Assembly: GCA_049683695.1 (NCBI GenBank)
Contig: JBAUJK010000142.1
Coordinates: 1-49,013, forward strand
Origin: Burkholderiaceae bacterium
GTDB lineage: Bacteria; Pseudomonadota; Gammaproteobacteria; Burkholderiales; Burkholderiaceae_D
DNA: 49,013 nt
Direction of reading: 5' to 3'
The translations under genes were made by a program, and so were the position numbers. The notes below the pieces were generated by a model. The model was given only the letters and a program-made list of their open reading frames with translations. It was not told the origin of the DNA and ran no database searches. Shown in pieces: positions 12,169 through 22,209 of this stretch; positions within the stretch are counted from its first letter, which is position 1, and every line of letters begins with the position of its first letter.

Positions 12169-12195
12169 AAGCCGGCCCTCGGGCCGGCTTTTTTG
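12169..12195. terminator. Rho-independent terminator between convergent genes
   Basis: GCCGGCC-CTCG-GGCCGGC stem-loop followed by TTTTTT. Confidence 0.75.
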
Positions 12196-12211
12196 CGGCC
12201 GCAAACAGTAT

Positions 12212-13009
12212 TCAGGCTGCTTTTCTGCGTAGCAGGTGCATAGGACCGAACAGTTTCTGCATCCCCGGATGGGCGATGAAGCTGAGGTTGTACGGGTGTT
12301 CCGAGGCCGCTTTCGGAAACTCCCTGGAAATCGGCAGCGCTTCCAGTTCAGCCGCGATCTTTCCCCACAGCACCAGGGTCGGCAGCGGCTTTTTTTGCAC
12401 CTGTGCCTGCTTGGCCAGCGCTTCCAGCACGGCCTGCATCAGCGGCCGCCACGCCTTGGCGTCGCGTTGCGGCGGCACGTCGGTCCGATAGACCAGCGTC
12501 GCGTTCAGCAGCAGGAAGCCGTTGTCGAGCAGGTTTTCCTGCAGCTCGGCGCGGGTACGGGTCCAGCCCGAGCCGGCGGCCTGCGCCTGCTGCGCGATCG
12601 GCGCCAGCGCTTCGCCTGACAGGTGCCGCGGATCGGCGTGGCCGCCGGCCACCAGCAGCATCTTCATGAAATTGCGCAGCGAAGTGGCGCGGTTGACCGG
12701 CTTCGACAGCCCGCGCTCGGACCACAGCGAATCCACCGCGCCATCCATGAAGCAGACGCCGATCGCGCTTTCCGCGCGCGGATACGGGCCTTCGCCGATC
12801 AGCACGTAGCGCACCTGTTCCAAGGGCCGGGAAAAGGCGGCGAAGATCCGTCCTCCAGTCGGCAGATAGGCGGCCGCGGCCAGTTGCGGCAGGTAGGCCG
12901 GATCGCTGGCGGCCATCGCCTCCATTCCGGCGCGCAGCACTGGTTGCCACGATGGATGGGCGGTGGCGAGCGCAGCGGAAAACGGGGCGGGAATGGCGGG
13001 TGTCGTCAT
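12212..13009 (-). CDS. Uracil-DNA glycosylase superfamily protein, UNG-like fold with a divergent catalytic motif
   Basis: Start trimmed to MTTPAIP (265 aa); the longer ORF would run through an intergenic repeat. Aligns by eye to UNG blocks: IFAAF..VRYVLIGEGPYP (vs GQDPYH), GFLLLNATL (vs GVLLLNTVL), LVLWG, EHPYNLS (vs HPSPLS). Confidence 0.65.
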   Translation of the reverse strand: MTTPAIPAPFSAALATAHPSWQPVLRAGMEAMAASDPAYLPQLAAAAYLPTGGRIFAAFSRPLEQVRYVLIGEGPYPRAESAIGVCFMDGAVDSLWSERGLSKPVNRATSLRNFMKMLLVAGGHADPRHLSGEALAPIAQQAQAAGSGWTRTRAELQENLLDNGFLLLNATLVYRTDVPPQRDAKAWRPLMQAVLEALAKQAQVQKKPLPTLVLWGKIAAELEALPISREFPKAASEHPYNLSFIAHPGMQKLFGPMHLLRRKAA

Positions 13010-13192
13010 GGCGGCAATCGATCTTTCGGAACAGGATGGTAGGCGGCGGCGAGCATGGAGCTTCCATGCGGCCTCCAGTGTGGGCGATCCCGGCGCGGCG
13101 AGGTTGGAGCGTATCAACCGGGACCGCGTTGCGGCGGCGCCGGCGACAGGACCGGCATGCCGCGAATGCCGCTGCAGCAGCGTAGCGATTAC

Positions 13193-13264
13193 TTCATATA
13201 CTCCCGTGGCATATGCCCTATACCGGACATAAACAGGCCGACATTTCCACATACTCCCATAATA
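13193..13264 (+). repeat. Two-box intergenic element, copy A
   Basis: TTCATATACTCCC..N..CACATACTCCCATAATA. ACTCCC starts at 13200 and 13253, 53 bp apart. Confidence 0.8.
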
Positions 13265-13281
13265 AAGCTGGGCCGAAAACC

Positions 13282-15378
<2,097 letters not shown>

Positions 15379-15494
15379 TGCAATCTACCTTTGGTAAAAT
15401 CGTCGTTTGCAATTCAGTGGCGGAACGCAAGCTTTCCGTCCTGCATTGCCCCCACCGCGGCACAAAATTGCAACCAACTTTTCATGTTATCACG

Positions 15495-16709
15495 ATGAAC
15501 GCGCCCCTCCCCGCCTCCCTTTTCAGCACCGTCGAACTCGCTCCGCGCGACCCGATTCTCGGCATTACCGAAGCCTATAACGCCGATCAGAATCCGCAGA
15601 AAATCAACCTCGGCGTCGGCGTCTACTACGATGACAACGGCAAGGTGCCGCTGCTGGAGTGCGTACAAAAAGCGGAGGCGCAGCTGGCGCAAAAGCTGGC
15701 GCCGCGCGGCTATCTGCCCATCGATGGCCTGCCCGCCTACGACAAGGCAGTGCAAGAGTTGGTATTTGGGGCCGACAGCCCGCTAGTTCAAGAAAAGCGC
15801 GCCGTCACCGTGCAGGCGCTCGGCGGCACCGGCGCCCTGAAGCTTGGCGCCGACTTCCTGAAGCGCTTTGCGCCCACCGCTCAGGTGTGGATCAGCGATC
15901 CGAGCTGGGAAAACCACCGCGCGCTATTCGAAGCGGCCGGCTTCACCGTCAACAATTACCCTTACTACGATCCTGCCACGCACGGCGTCGCCTTCGAGCG
16001 CATGCTGCAGGCGCTGCAGACGATGCCGGCCGGCTCGATCGTCGTGCTGCACGCCTGCTGTCACAATCCGACCGGCGCCGACCTGTCGGACGCCCAATGG
16101 CAGCAGGTGATCCAGGTCGTGACGCAGCGCGGCCTGATCCCGTTTCTCGACATGGCCTACCAGGGCTTCGGTGACGGCATTGAAGCCGACGGCAAGGTGG
16201 TACGGCAATTCGCCGCTGCCGGCGGCCCGCTGTTCGTTTCCAATTCGTTCTCGAAATCGTTCTCGCTGTACGGCGAGCGGGTCGGCGCGCTGTCGATTGC
16301 CGCTGCCAGCGCCGAAGAAGCCACGCGCGTGCTGTCGCAACTGAAGCGCGTGGTGCGCACGAACTATTCGAACCCGCCGATCCATGGCGGCCAGGTGGTC
16401 GCCACCGTGCTCGGCACGCCGGAACTGCGGCAGATGTGGGAATCCGAGCTGACCGGCATGCGCGTGCGCATCCGCGAAATGCGCGAACAGCTGGTACAGA
16501 AACTGAAGGAAAAGGCGCCTGCGCGCGACTTCGACTTCGTCACCCGCCAGCGCGGCATGTTTTCCTATTCCGGCCTTTCCAAGGAACAGGTCGGCCGCCT
16601 GCGCAACGAGTTCTCGATCTACGCCGTCGACACCGGCCGCATCTGCGTCGCCGCCCTGAATTCGCGCAATATCGACCGCGTGGTCGAGTCGATCGCCAGC
16701 GTCATTTAA
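15495..16709 (+). CDS. Class I aspartate/aromatic amino acid aminotransferase (AspC/TyrB family)
   Basis: Start trimmed to MNAPLPASLF (404 aa). INLGVGVY, HNPTG and SFSKSFSLYGERVG (PLP lysine) motifs. Confidence 0.9.
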   Translation: MNAPLPASLFSTVELAPRDPILGITEAYNADQNPQKINLGVGVYYDDNGKVPLLECVQKAEAQLAQKLAPRGYLPIDGLPAYDKAVQELVFGADSPLVQEKRAVTVQALGGTGALKLGADFLKRFAPTAQVWISDPSWENHRALFEAAGFTVNNYPYYDPATHGVAFERMLQALQTMPAGSIVVLHACCHNPTGADLSDAQWQQVIQVVTQRGLIPFLDMAYQGFGDGIEADGKVVRQFAAAGGPLFVSNSFSKSFSLYGERVGALSIAAASAEEATRVLSQLKRVVRTNYSNPPIHGGQVVATVLGTPELRQMWESELTGMRVRIREMREQLVQKLKEKAPARDFDFVTRQRGMFSYSGLSKEQVGRLRNEFSIYAVDTGRICVAALNSRNIDRVVESIASVI

Positions 16710-16778
16710 CGGCATCGGTCGCCGCTGGAAACGTTAGATGCATTCAACGTTTCCAGCATCAAATCCGGCATTTTTGAT

Positions 16779-16808
16779 TTGACACCGGGCATTCCACAAG
16801 CCTATAAT
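16779..16808 (+). promoter_or_regulatory. Near-consensus sigma70 promoter for tRNA-Asn
   Basis: TTGACA (16779-16784), 18-bp spacer, TATAAT (16803-16808), about 12 bp upstream of the mature tRNA 5' end. Confidence 0.7.
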
Positions 16809-16819
16809 CCTGTCTCTTT

Positions 16820-16895
16820 TCCCTGATAGCTCAGTCGGTAGAGCGACGGACTGTTAATCCGCAGGTCCCTGGTTCGAGTCCAGGTCGGGGAGCCA
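16820..16895 (+). tRNA. tRNA-Asn (anticodon GTT), CCA encoded
   Basis: 76 nt with a cloverleaf. Acceptor stem TCCCTGA/TCGGGGA; D-arm GCTC-AGTCGGTA-GAGC; anticodon loop CTGTTAA; T-arm CCTGG-TTCGAGT-CCAGG. An A27-C43 mismatch sits at the top of the anticodon stem. Confidence 0.95.
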
Positions 16896-16903
16896 GATTC
16901 GAG

Positions 16904-16935
16904 AAGGCCGCACGCAAGTGCGGCCTTTTTTTTTT
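16904..16935 (+). terminator. Rho-independent terminator after tRNA-Asn
   Basis: AAGGCCGCAC-GCAA-GTGCGGCCTT stem-loop running into a T10 tract. Confidence 0.9.
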
Positions 16936-17081
16936 ATTTTCCGCATCGGCGTCTTTACCGGGCCGGCATCTTCCCTGCCGATTTTTTACATCGGCCTGAA
17001 CGCATCATGAGCGCAAATTGCGCTTCGCCGGGGCACCCGCGAGCCAGCCCGCCCTCCTGTCCGAAGTACTACACTGGGGGC

Positions 17082-17771
17082 ATGTGCGGACGCTTTACCC
17101 AAACCGAATCGGTGCGCAGCTATGCGCAGGCGATCGGCGTCGCCCTGGATGCGCTGGATGATTATCCGTCGCAGCCGATTGCCGCCTACAACGGCGCGCC
17201 GGGTGCGCGGCACTGGATCTTCCGTCTGGCTGACGATGGCGATGGCCTCTCGACGCAGCAAGTCCCATGGGGCTATCTGTCGCCGTGGGCGAAGAAGAAG
17301 GGGTTGCAGCCCGCCATCAATGCACAGCGCGAAAAGCTGCTGACCCCATACTACCGGCCATTGATGAAAAGCGGCCGCATCATCGTCCCGGCCAATGGCT
17401 GGTACGAATGGACAGGACCGAAAGGACAGCGGCAACCGTGGTACATCCGCCGCCGTGATGGTCGTCCCCTGTTCATGGCTGCACTGACCAGCACGCCGGA
17501 GCGCGAACCGGCGGCGGAAGGGGCCGGTTTCGTGATCGTGACTTCCGCCGCCGAAGGCGGCATGGTCGACGTGCATGACCGGCGGCCGGTGGTGCTGGCG
17601 GCCGACGATGCGCGCATCTGGATGAGTCTCGATACGCCGCTGGAACAGGCCGAGCAGATGGCGCGCATCGGCTCGCTGCCGGCGACGGACTTCGAATGGC
17701 ATCGGGTCAGCCCAGCGGTCAACAATGCACGCCACAACGCGCCGGAACTGATCGAGCCGCTGCCCCAATAG
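17082..17771 (+). CDS. SOS-response-associated peptidase (SRAP/YedK, abasic-site DNA-protein crosslink family)
   Basis: Start trimmed to the family-defining MCGRF (Cys2 nucleophile); 229 aa. PRYN-like AYNGAPG, WGL-like VPWGYLSPW and HDRRPVVL motifs. Confidence 0.85.
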   Translation: MCGRFTQTESVRSYAQAIGVALDALDDYPSQPIAAYNGAPGARHWIFRLADDGDGLSTQQVPWGYLSPWAKKKGLQPAINAQREKLLTPYYRPLMKSGRIIVPANGWYEWTGPKGQRQPWYIRRRDGRPLFMAALTSTPEREPAAEGAGFVIVTSAAEGGMVDVHDRRPVVLAADDARIWMSLDTPLEQAEQMARIGSLPATDFEWHRVSPAVNNARHNAPELIEPLPQ

Positions 17772-18155
17772 ACGATGCATCCGGTGGTGACGCCGGGTTT
17801 TCGTCAAGCACGATCGGCGGTCGACCGCCAAGGAACATGGCACCCGAACTGCGTCCGGGTTGCCACAACTGCGCGAGATGCGCCCGCCCTCGTCGTTCAC
17901 TCCCTGCATCACCCGCTTCCATCCATCCACCTGAGCCTCCGACCGGATGGCGGCAACTCGGCAGCGCGACGCCCTGCCGCATCACCGCGTTCGCTTCAGA
18001 TAGAACTGCGCAAATGGCCGGACGGGCAGCTATTCCTGCAGATGGAAATGCCATTCCGAATTGTCAGCCGGCAAGGATATGGCGCAGCACCGGATGGCGA
18101 TGAATTTTCTACGGTCGTCGCACTCCAACAGCTTCTTTCCGCGGAAGACAAGTTC

Positions 18156-19043
18156 ATGTTTTCACTAAAGAAATACGTTTTTCCCGTCGGCTGCCTGCTG
18201 GCCGGCATGCTTGGCGCCGCAAGAGCGGCGGATACCGATCCGGCCGCCGCGCTGCGTGCAAAATATGAAACGCTGGCACCGCAACTGCAGCGCAATCCCT
18301 TCCAGCGGCCACTGGTACTCGATTCGAGTGAGACATCGCAGCGCCTGAAGGGCGACATCTACGCCCGCGTCGACTATCCGTTCACCACCGTGCGCGCCAG
18401 TCTCGACGACCCCGGCCACTGGTGCGACATGCTGCTGATGCATATCAATACCAAGTACTGCCGCGCGGAGACGAGGCCGTCCGGCACCGTGCTGAAGCTG
18501 AACATCGGCAAGAAAACGCCGGAACCGCTGGAACAGGCGCCGCGCGTCGAGTTCGACTACGACGTCGTCGCCACCACGCCAGACTATGCCGCCTTCACGC
18601 TGGCGGCCGCCCAGGGCCCGCTCGGCACCAGCGACTACCGCATCGCACTGGAAGCGGTGGCGCTGCCGGACGGCAAGAGCTTCCTGCACCTGAGCTATTC
18701 GTATGCAATGAATTTTTCGGCGCGACTGGCGATGCGCACCTACCTCGGTACCGTCGGACGTGACAAGGTCGGCTTCACGGTGGTCGGCCGCGAACCGGAC
18801 GGCTCGCCCGACTACGTCGACGGCGTGCGCGGCGTGGTCGAGCGCAATACGATGCGCTATTACCTGGCGATCGACACCTTCCTCGCCACCGCCGGCGCGG
18901 CGCCGACGGTCCGACCGGAACGGCGCTTTCGCAACTGGTTTACCGCCGCCGAGCAATATCCGCGGCAGCTGCACGAGATGGAGCGCGACGAATACCTCGA
19001 CATGAAGCGTGCCGAATACGCACGCCAGCAGCGCATCCGCTGA
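18156..19043 (+). CDS. Secreted protein of unknown function
   Basis: Start trimmed to MFSLKKYVFPVGCLLAGMLGAARA/AD, a Sec signal peptide with an AXA site; 295 aa. High GC3 downstream of this start, mixed GC3 upstream. No family recognised. Confidence 0.6.
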   Translation: MFSLKKYVFPVGCLLAGMLGAARAADTDPAAALRAKYETLAPQLQRNPFQRPLVLDSSETSQRLKGDIYARVDYPFTTVRASLDDPGHWCDMLLMHINTKYCRAETRPSGTVLKLNIGKKTPEPLEQAPRVEFDYDVVATTPDYAAFTLAAAQGPLGTSDYRIALEAVALPDGKSFLHLSYSYAMNFSARLAMRTYLGTVGRDKVGFTVVGREPDGSPDYVDGVRGVVERNTMRYYLAIDTFLATAGAAPTVRPERRFRNWFTAAEQYPRQLHEMERDEYLDMKRAEYARQQRIR

Positions 19044-19210
19044 TCCACCCGGTCGCCCGCCGCCGGTTTCCGGCGCGGGCAACCCGTACTCCGGCACCGC
19101 TCGCCATTTCCGTCCGGAGCGACGACATCGCTCGACCCGAATATTTTCTTTTTCCGCCAAGAAAGTTGCCGTACACTCATTGTTGATTTCCTTTCAACAA
19201 GGGTATACGG

Positions 19211-20296
19211 ATGAAAATCCTCCAGATCAGCGCTGGCCGCGAACGCTCGGTGGCGCTTGCGGAAAACGGCACCGCTTATGGCTGGGGCGCCTTCAAGAAA
19301 CTGACGCCCATTCCGGCCAGCGATTTCGCCGATGCGATCTGCAGCAGCGACGCCAGTGAAATCGGCCACAACCGCTTCGCCCAGCCGCGACCGCACATCC
19401 TGAATCCGAACGCGCCGTTTGCCACGGTCGCCGACGGCTACGTCGATACGCTGGGCGTGCGCCGCGGCGGTGGCGTGCTGTCGTGCCGCCCGCTGATCGC
19501 GCCGCAATGGGGCGCCGCGCATGCGCCGGTTCGGGATCTGCCGCCGGGCACGGCGCAGGTGGCGCTGACCGAATCCGGCGCTTTTGCGCTGCAGGCGGAC
19601 GGTACGGTCTGGTCGTGGGGCATGAATGTCCATGGCCAGCTGGGGCGCGCGACGCCGGCGCTGTACAGCGACGCGGCGGCGATCGACGGCTTGGCGCCGA
19701 TCGCCCAGATCGCCGCCGGCCATGGCCATATGCTGGCGCTGGACCGTGACGGCAGCGTCTGGTCCTGGGGTTCGAACAGCGCCGGCCAGCTCGGAACCGG
19801 CTCGCTGGCGGCGCAGACGAAGCCGGCCAGGGTGGCCTTCCCCGAGCCGATCAGGCATGTCGCCGCCGGCGATACCCACAGCTTCGCGCTCGACGTCGAT
19901 GGCCGTCTGTGGGCCTGGGGCGCCAACAACCACGGCCAGACCGGCGACGGCACGGAGCGCTACTACACCCGGCCGGTGCGCATCAAGATCGGGTTCCCGG
20001 TGGCGCAGATCGATGCCGGCATGTTCTACACGGCAGCGCTGTCGGCGCAGGGCGAAGTATTCGCCTGGGGCTGGAACGGTCTGGGCCAGACCGGACGGGA
20101 AAGCCCGGCGTCCTCGCCGCAGCCGGTGCGGATCAAGCCGCTGGCACATATCACCCGCATCGCCGCCGGCAGCGGCCACGTGCTGGCCACCGACGGCGCT
20201 GCGGTGTTTGCCTGGGGCGACAACCGCAGCGCGGCGTGCGGCACGGCGCCGGCGCGCGCGATCCAGCCGCAGCCGCTTCCGGTTTCTTTCGCCTAG
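19211..20296 (+). CDS. RCC1-repeat (beta-propeller) protein, no signal peptide
   Basis: 361 aa. About 7 repeats of the pattern hhaG..HshAL..dG.VWsWG.N..GQLG. Confidence 0.8.
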   Translation: MKILQISAGRERSVALAENGTAYGWGAFKKLTPIPASDFADAICSSDASEIGHNRFAQPRPHILNPNAPFATVADGYVDTLGVRRGGGVLSCRPLIAPQWGAAHAPVRDLPPGTAQVALTESGAFALQADGTVWSWGMNVHGQLGRATPALYSDAAAIDGLAPIAQIAAGHGHMLALDRDGSVWSWGSNSAGQLGTGSLAAQTKPARVAFPEPIRHVAAGDTHSFALDVDGRLWAWGANNHGQTGDGTERYYTRPVRIKIGFPVAQIDAGMFYTAALSAQGEVFAWGWNGLGQTGRESPASSPQPVRIKPLAHITRIAAGSGHVLATDGAAVFAWGDNRSAACGTAPARAIQPQPLPVSFA

Positions 20297-20305
20297 GGCA
20301 CCGCC

Positions 20306-22018
20306 ATGAATGCACGCATCCAATCTCCCGTTCCCGCCGTCGACAACGGCCGCCGCGATACGCTGCGCTGGGCCTTCGGACTGTCGCTCGGCACCGCGCT
20401 GGCGCCCCTGGCCGGTTGCGGCGGCGCCAGCGCCACCGAAGACACGCTGCCCGAAGCCGCCACGCTGACGTCGAAAAACCGCCAGCTCGACATGACGTTG
20501 TCGGTGCGCTATGCGAGCCAGCCGCTCGATATCGGCAGCGCCCAGGGTGTCTATCCCGGCACGGCCAAGAAAATCACCGCGTCGCTGCGCAGCTTCAACG
20601 GCCGCTACATGGCGCCGACGCTGGTGCTGAATGCCGGCGACACGCTGCGCATCGATCTGCGCAACGAATTGCCGGCCAATACCGGCGGCCAGTCGGCGCT
20701 GAAGTACCTGAACCACCAGAACAGCACCAACCTGCACTTCCATGGCCTGCACGTCGACCCGAAGGAAATCAAACCCGGCGTGTTCGGCGACTACGTGGTC
20801 GATACGCCGGAAGCCGGTGTGCTGCCCGGCGCCAGCCGCCAGCACGAAATCACCATTCCGGAGAACCACACCAACGGCATCTACTGGTACCACCCGCACC
20901 TGCACGGCTCTTCCAATGTGCAGGTGTCGAGCGGCATGTTCGGCGCCATCATCGTGCGCGACCCGAACGACCGCTTCATCACTTCGCCGGACATCCGCGA
21001 GCGCGTGATGTTCGTACACAAGATGAACCTGACCGCCGACGGCAAGACCGAGACCTTCTACGATTCGGTGGCGGCACCGACCACGGCATTCCTGATCAAC
21101 GGCGCCTACCAGCCGACCATCGTGATGCGGCCGGGCGAAGTGCAGAACTGGCATTTCATCAACGCCGCCTCGTTCTATCCGTTCAACCCGGTGCTGGACG
21201 ACCATACGTTGTGGCACTACGCCCGCGACGGCAACGTGTTCGACCGCAAGTTCCGGCCGATCAACCGCGAAACCTCGACTCAGTTCGGCAACCAGCAATG
21301 GCCCGGCAACGCGCTCTATCCGGGCAACCGCCATTCGGTGGTGATCAAGGCCAGCGACGTGCCGGGCACCTATTACCTGCGCTCGGCGGCGGCGCCGTCG
21401 AGCCAGCCGGAAGAAATCGTCGCGCGCATCGTGGTCGAAGGGCCGCCGATGACCACCGCGCTGCCATCCGCCGCCAACCTGCCGCGCTACAGCGACCACA
21501 CCCCGATCACCGGCCAGGAGCTGGCGCAGCACGGCGGCAAGACGCGCGCGCTGGTGCTGGCCATCCTCGACAAGGACAATGCCCACCTGAATCTGCCGAT
21601 TCCGGCCGGCGAGGAGTGGTTCGTGCCGGAAGGCGACGGGCTGGACGATTTCAAGAACATCGTGTTCGCTTCCGGCACCTTCGGCTCGAAGCTGTCACCG
21701 TTCCAGTCCGAGCTGACGGTGACGCAGACGACGGCGCTGAATGCGGTGGAGGAATGGACGATCTACAACATGAACGGCTATCCGCATCCGTTCCACATCC
21801 ACGTCAACGACAGCTATGTGGTGAAAGTCAACGGCGAGGACGTGACGCCGTTCTGGGCCGACACCATACCGCTGCCGCCGGGCGGCACCGTCGACAAGCC
21901 GACCTCGGTGACGTTCCGCATGCGCTTTGCCGATTTCACCGGCAAATACGTCTGGCATTGCCATGCGCTGGATCACGAGGATCTGGGGATGATGCAGCTG
22001 GTGGAAGTGCTGGCCTGA
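20306..22018 (+). CDS. Three-domain multicopper oxidase, Tat-exported lipoprotein
   Basis: 570 aa. Twin-arginine GRRDTLRW plus lipobox LAGC. Four copper-ligand motifs: HFHGLH, WYHPHLHG, HPFHIHVN, HCHALDHEDLGMM. Confidence 0.9.
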   Translation: MNARIQSPVPAVDNGRRDTLRWAFGLSLGTALAPLAGCGGASATEDTLPEAATLTSKNRQLDMTLSVRYASQPLDIGSAQGVYPGTAKKITASLRSFNGRYMAPTLVLNAGDTLRIDLRNELPANTGGQSALKYLNHQNSTNLHFHGLHVDPKEIKPGVFGDYVVDTPEAGVLPGASRQHEITIPENHTNGIYWYHPHLHGSSNVQVSSGMFGAIIVRDPNDRFITSPDIRERVMFVHKMNLTADGKTETFYDSVAAPTTAFLINGAYQPTIVMRPGEVQNWHFINAASFYPFNPVLDDHTLWHYARDGNVFDRKFRPINRETSTQFGNQQWPGNALYPGNRHSVVIKASDVPGTYYLRSAAAPSSQPEEIVARIVVEGPPMTTALPSAANLPRYSDHTPITGQELAQHGGKTRALVLAILDKDNAHLNLPIPAGEEWFVPEGDGLDDFKNIVFASGTFGSKLSPFQSELTVTQTTALNAVEEWTIYNMNGYPHPFHIHVNDSYVVKVNGEDVTPFWADTIPLPPGGTVDKPTSVTFRMRFADFTGKYVWHCHALDHEDLGMMQLVEVLA

Positions 22019-22088
22019 CCGGTTTCGGCCGCTGCGGCCGGTGGCAGCGGCGGCACTGCCGGAGGCGATGCCGGGAGATGGCGGCGCA

Positions 22089-22160
22089 ACCACATACTCC
22101 CATGGCATGCCACCTGAGCCGGGCGCAAAACGCCCGCCTTGCTTGCATACCCCCCATAAG
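22089..22160 (+). repeat. Two-box intergenic element, copy D
   Basis: CACATACTCCC..GCCGGGCG..GCATACCCCCCATAAG. Box hexamers start at 22096 and 22149, 53 bp apart. Confidence 0.75.
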
Positions 22161-22209
22161 GGGAGTTTCGATCCGCTGGAGTGCCGCTTGCCAATGCGCG
22201 GCCGATGCC

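Noticed and set aside
15379-15494. Expected LexA/SOS box upstream of uvrB, and upstream of the SRAP gene at 16936-17081
   Set aside because: No CTGT-N8-ACAG-type palindrome is present in either region. The closest string (CTGTccgaagtaCTAC) lacks the second half-site.
18860-21586. 908-aa minus-strand ORF and the overlapping 1094-aa plus-strand ORF (19909-23193)
   Set aside because: Both lie antisense to or out of frame with genes that have clear family motifs (RCC1, MCO, PmbA). Their translations are Arg/Ala/Gly/Pro-rich low-complexity sequence, typical of stop-codon-poor alternative frames in high-GC DNA.
16820-22209. Possible genomic island inserted at tRNA-Asn (SRAP, secreted unknown, RCC1, MCO)
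   Set aside because: There is no integrase or recombinase, no direct repeat of the tRNA 3' end, no obvious shift in composition or codon usage, and no mobility genes. The tRNA-like string GTTTCGATCC at about 22166 does not match the tRNA-Asn T-arm.
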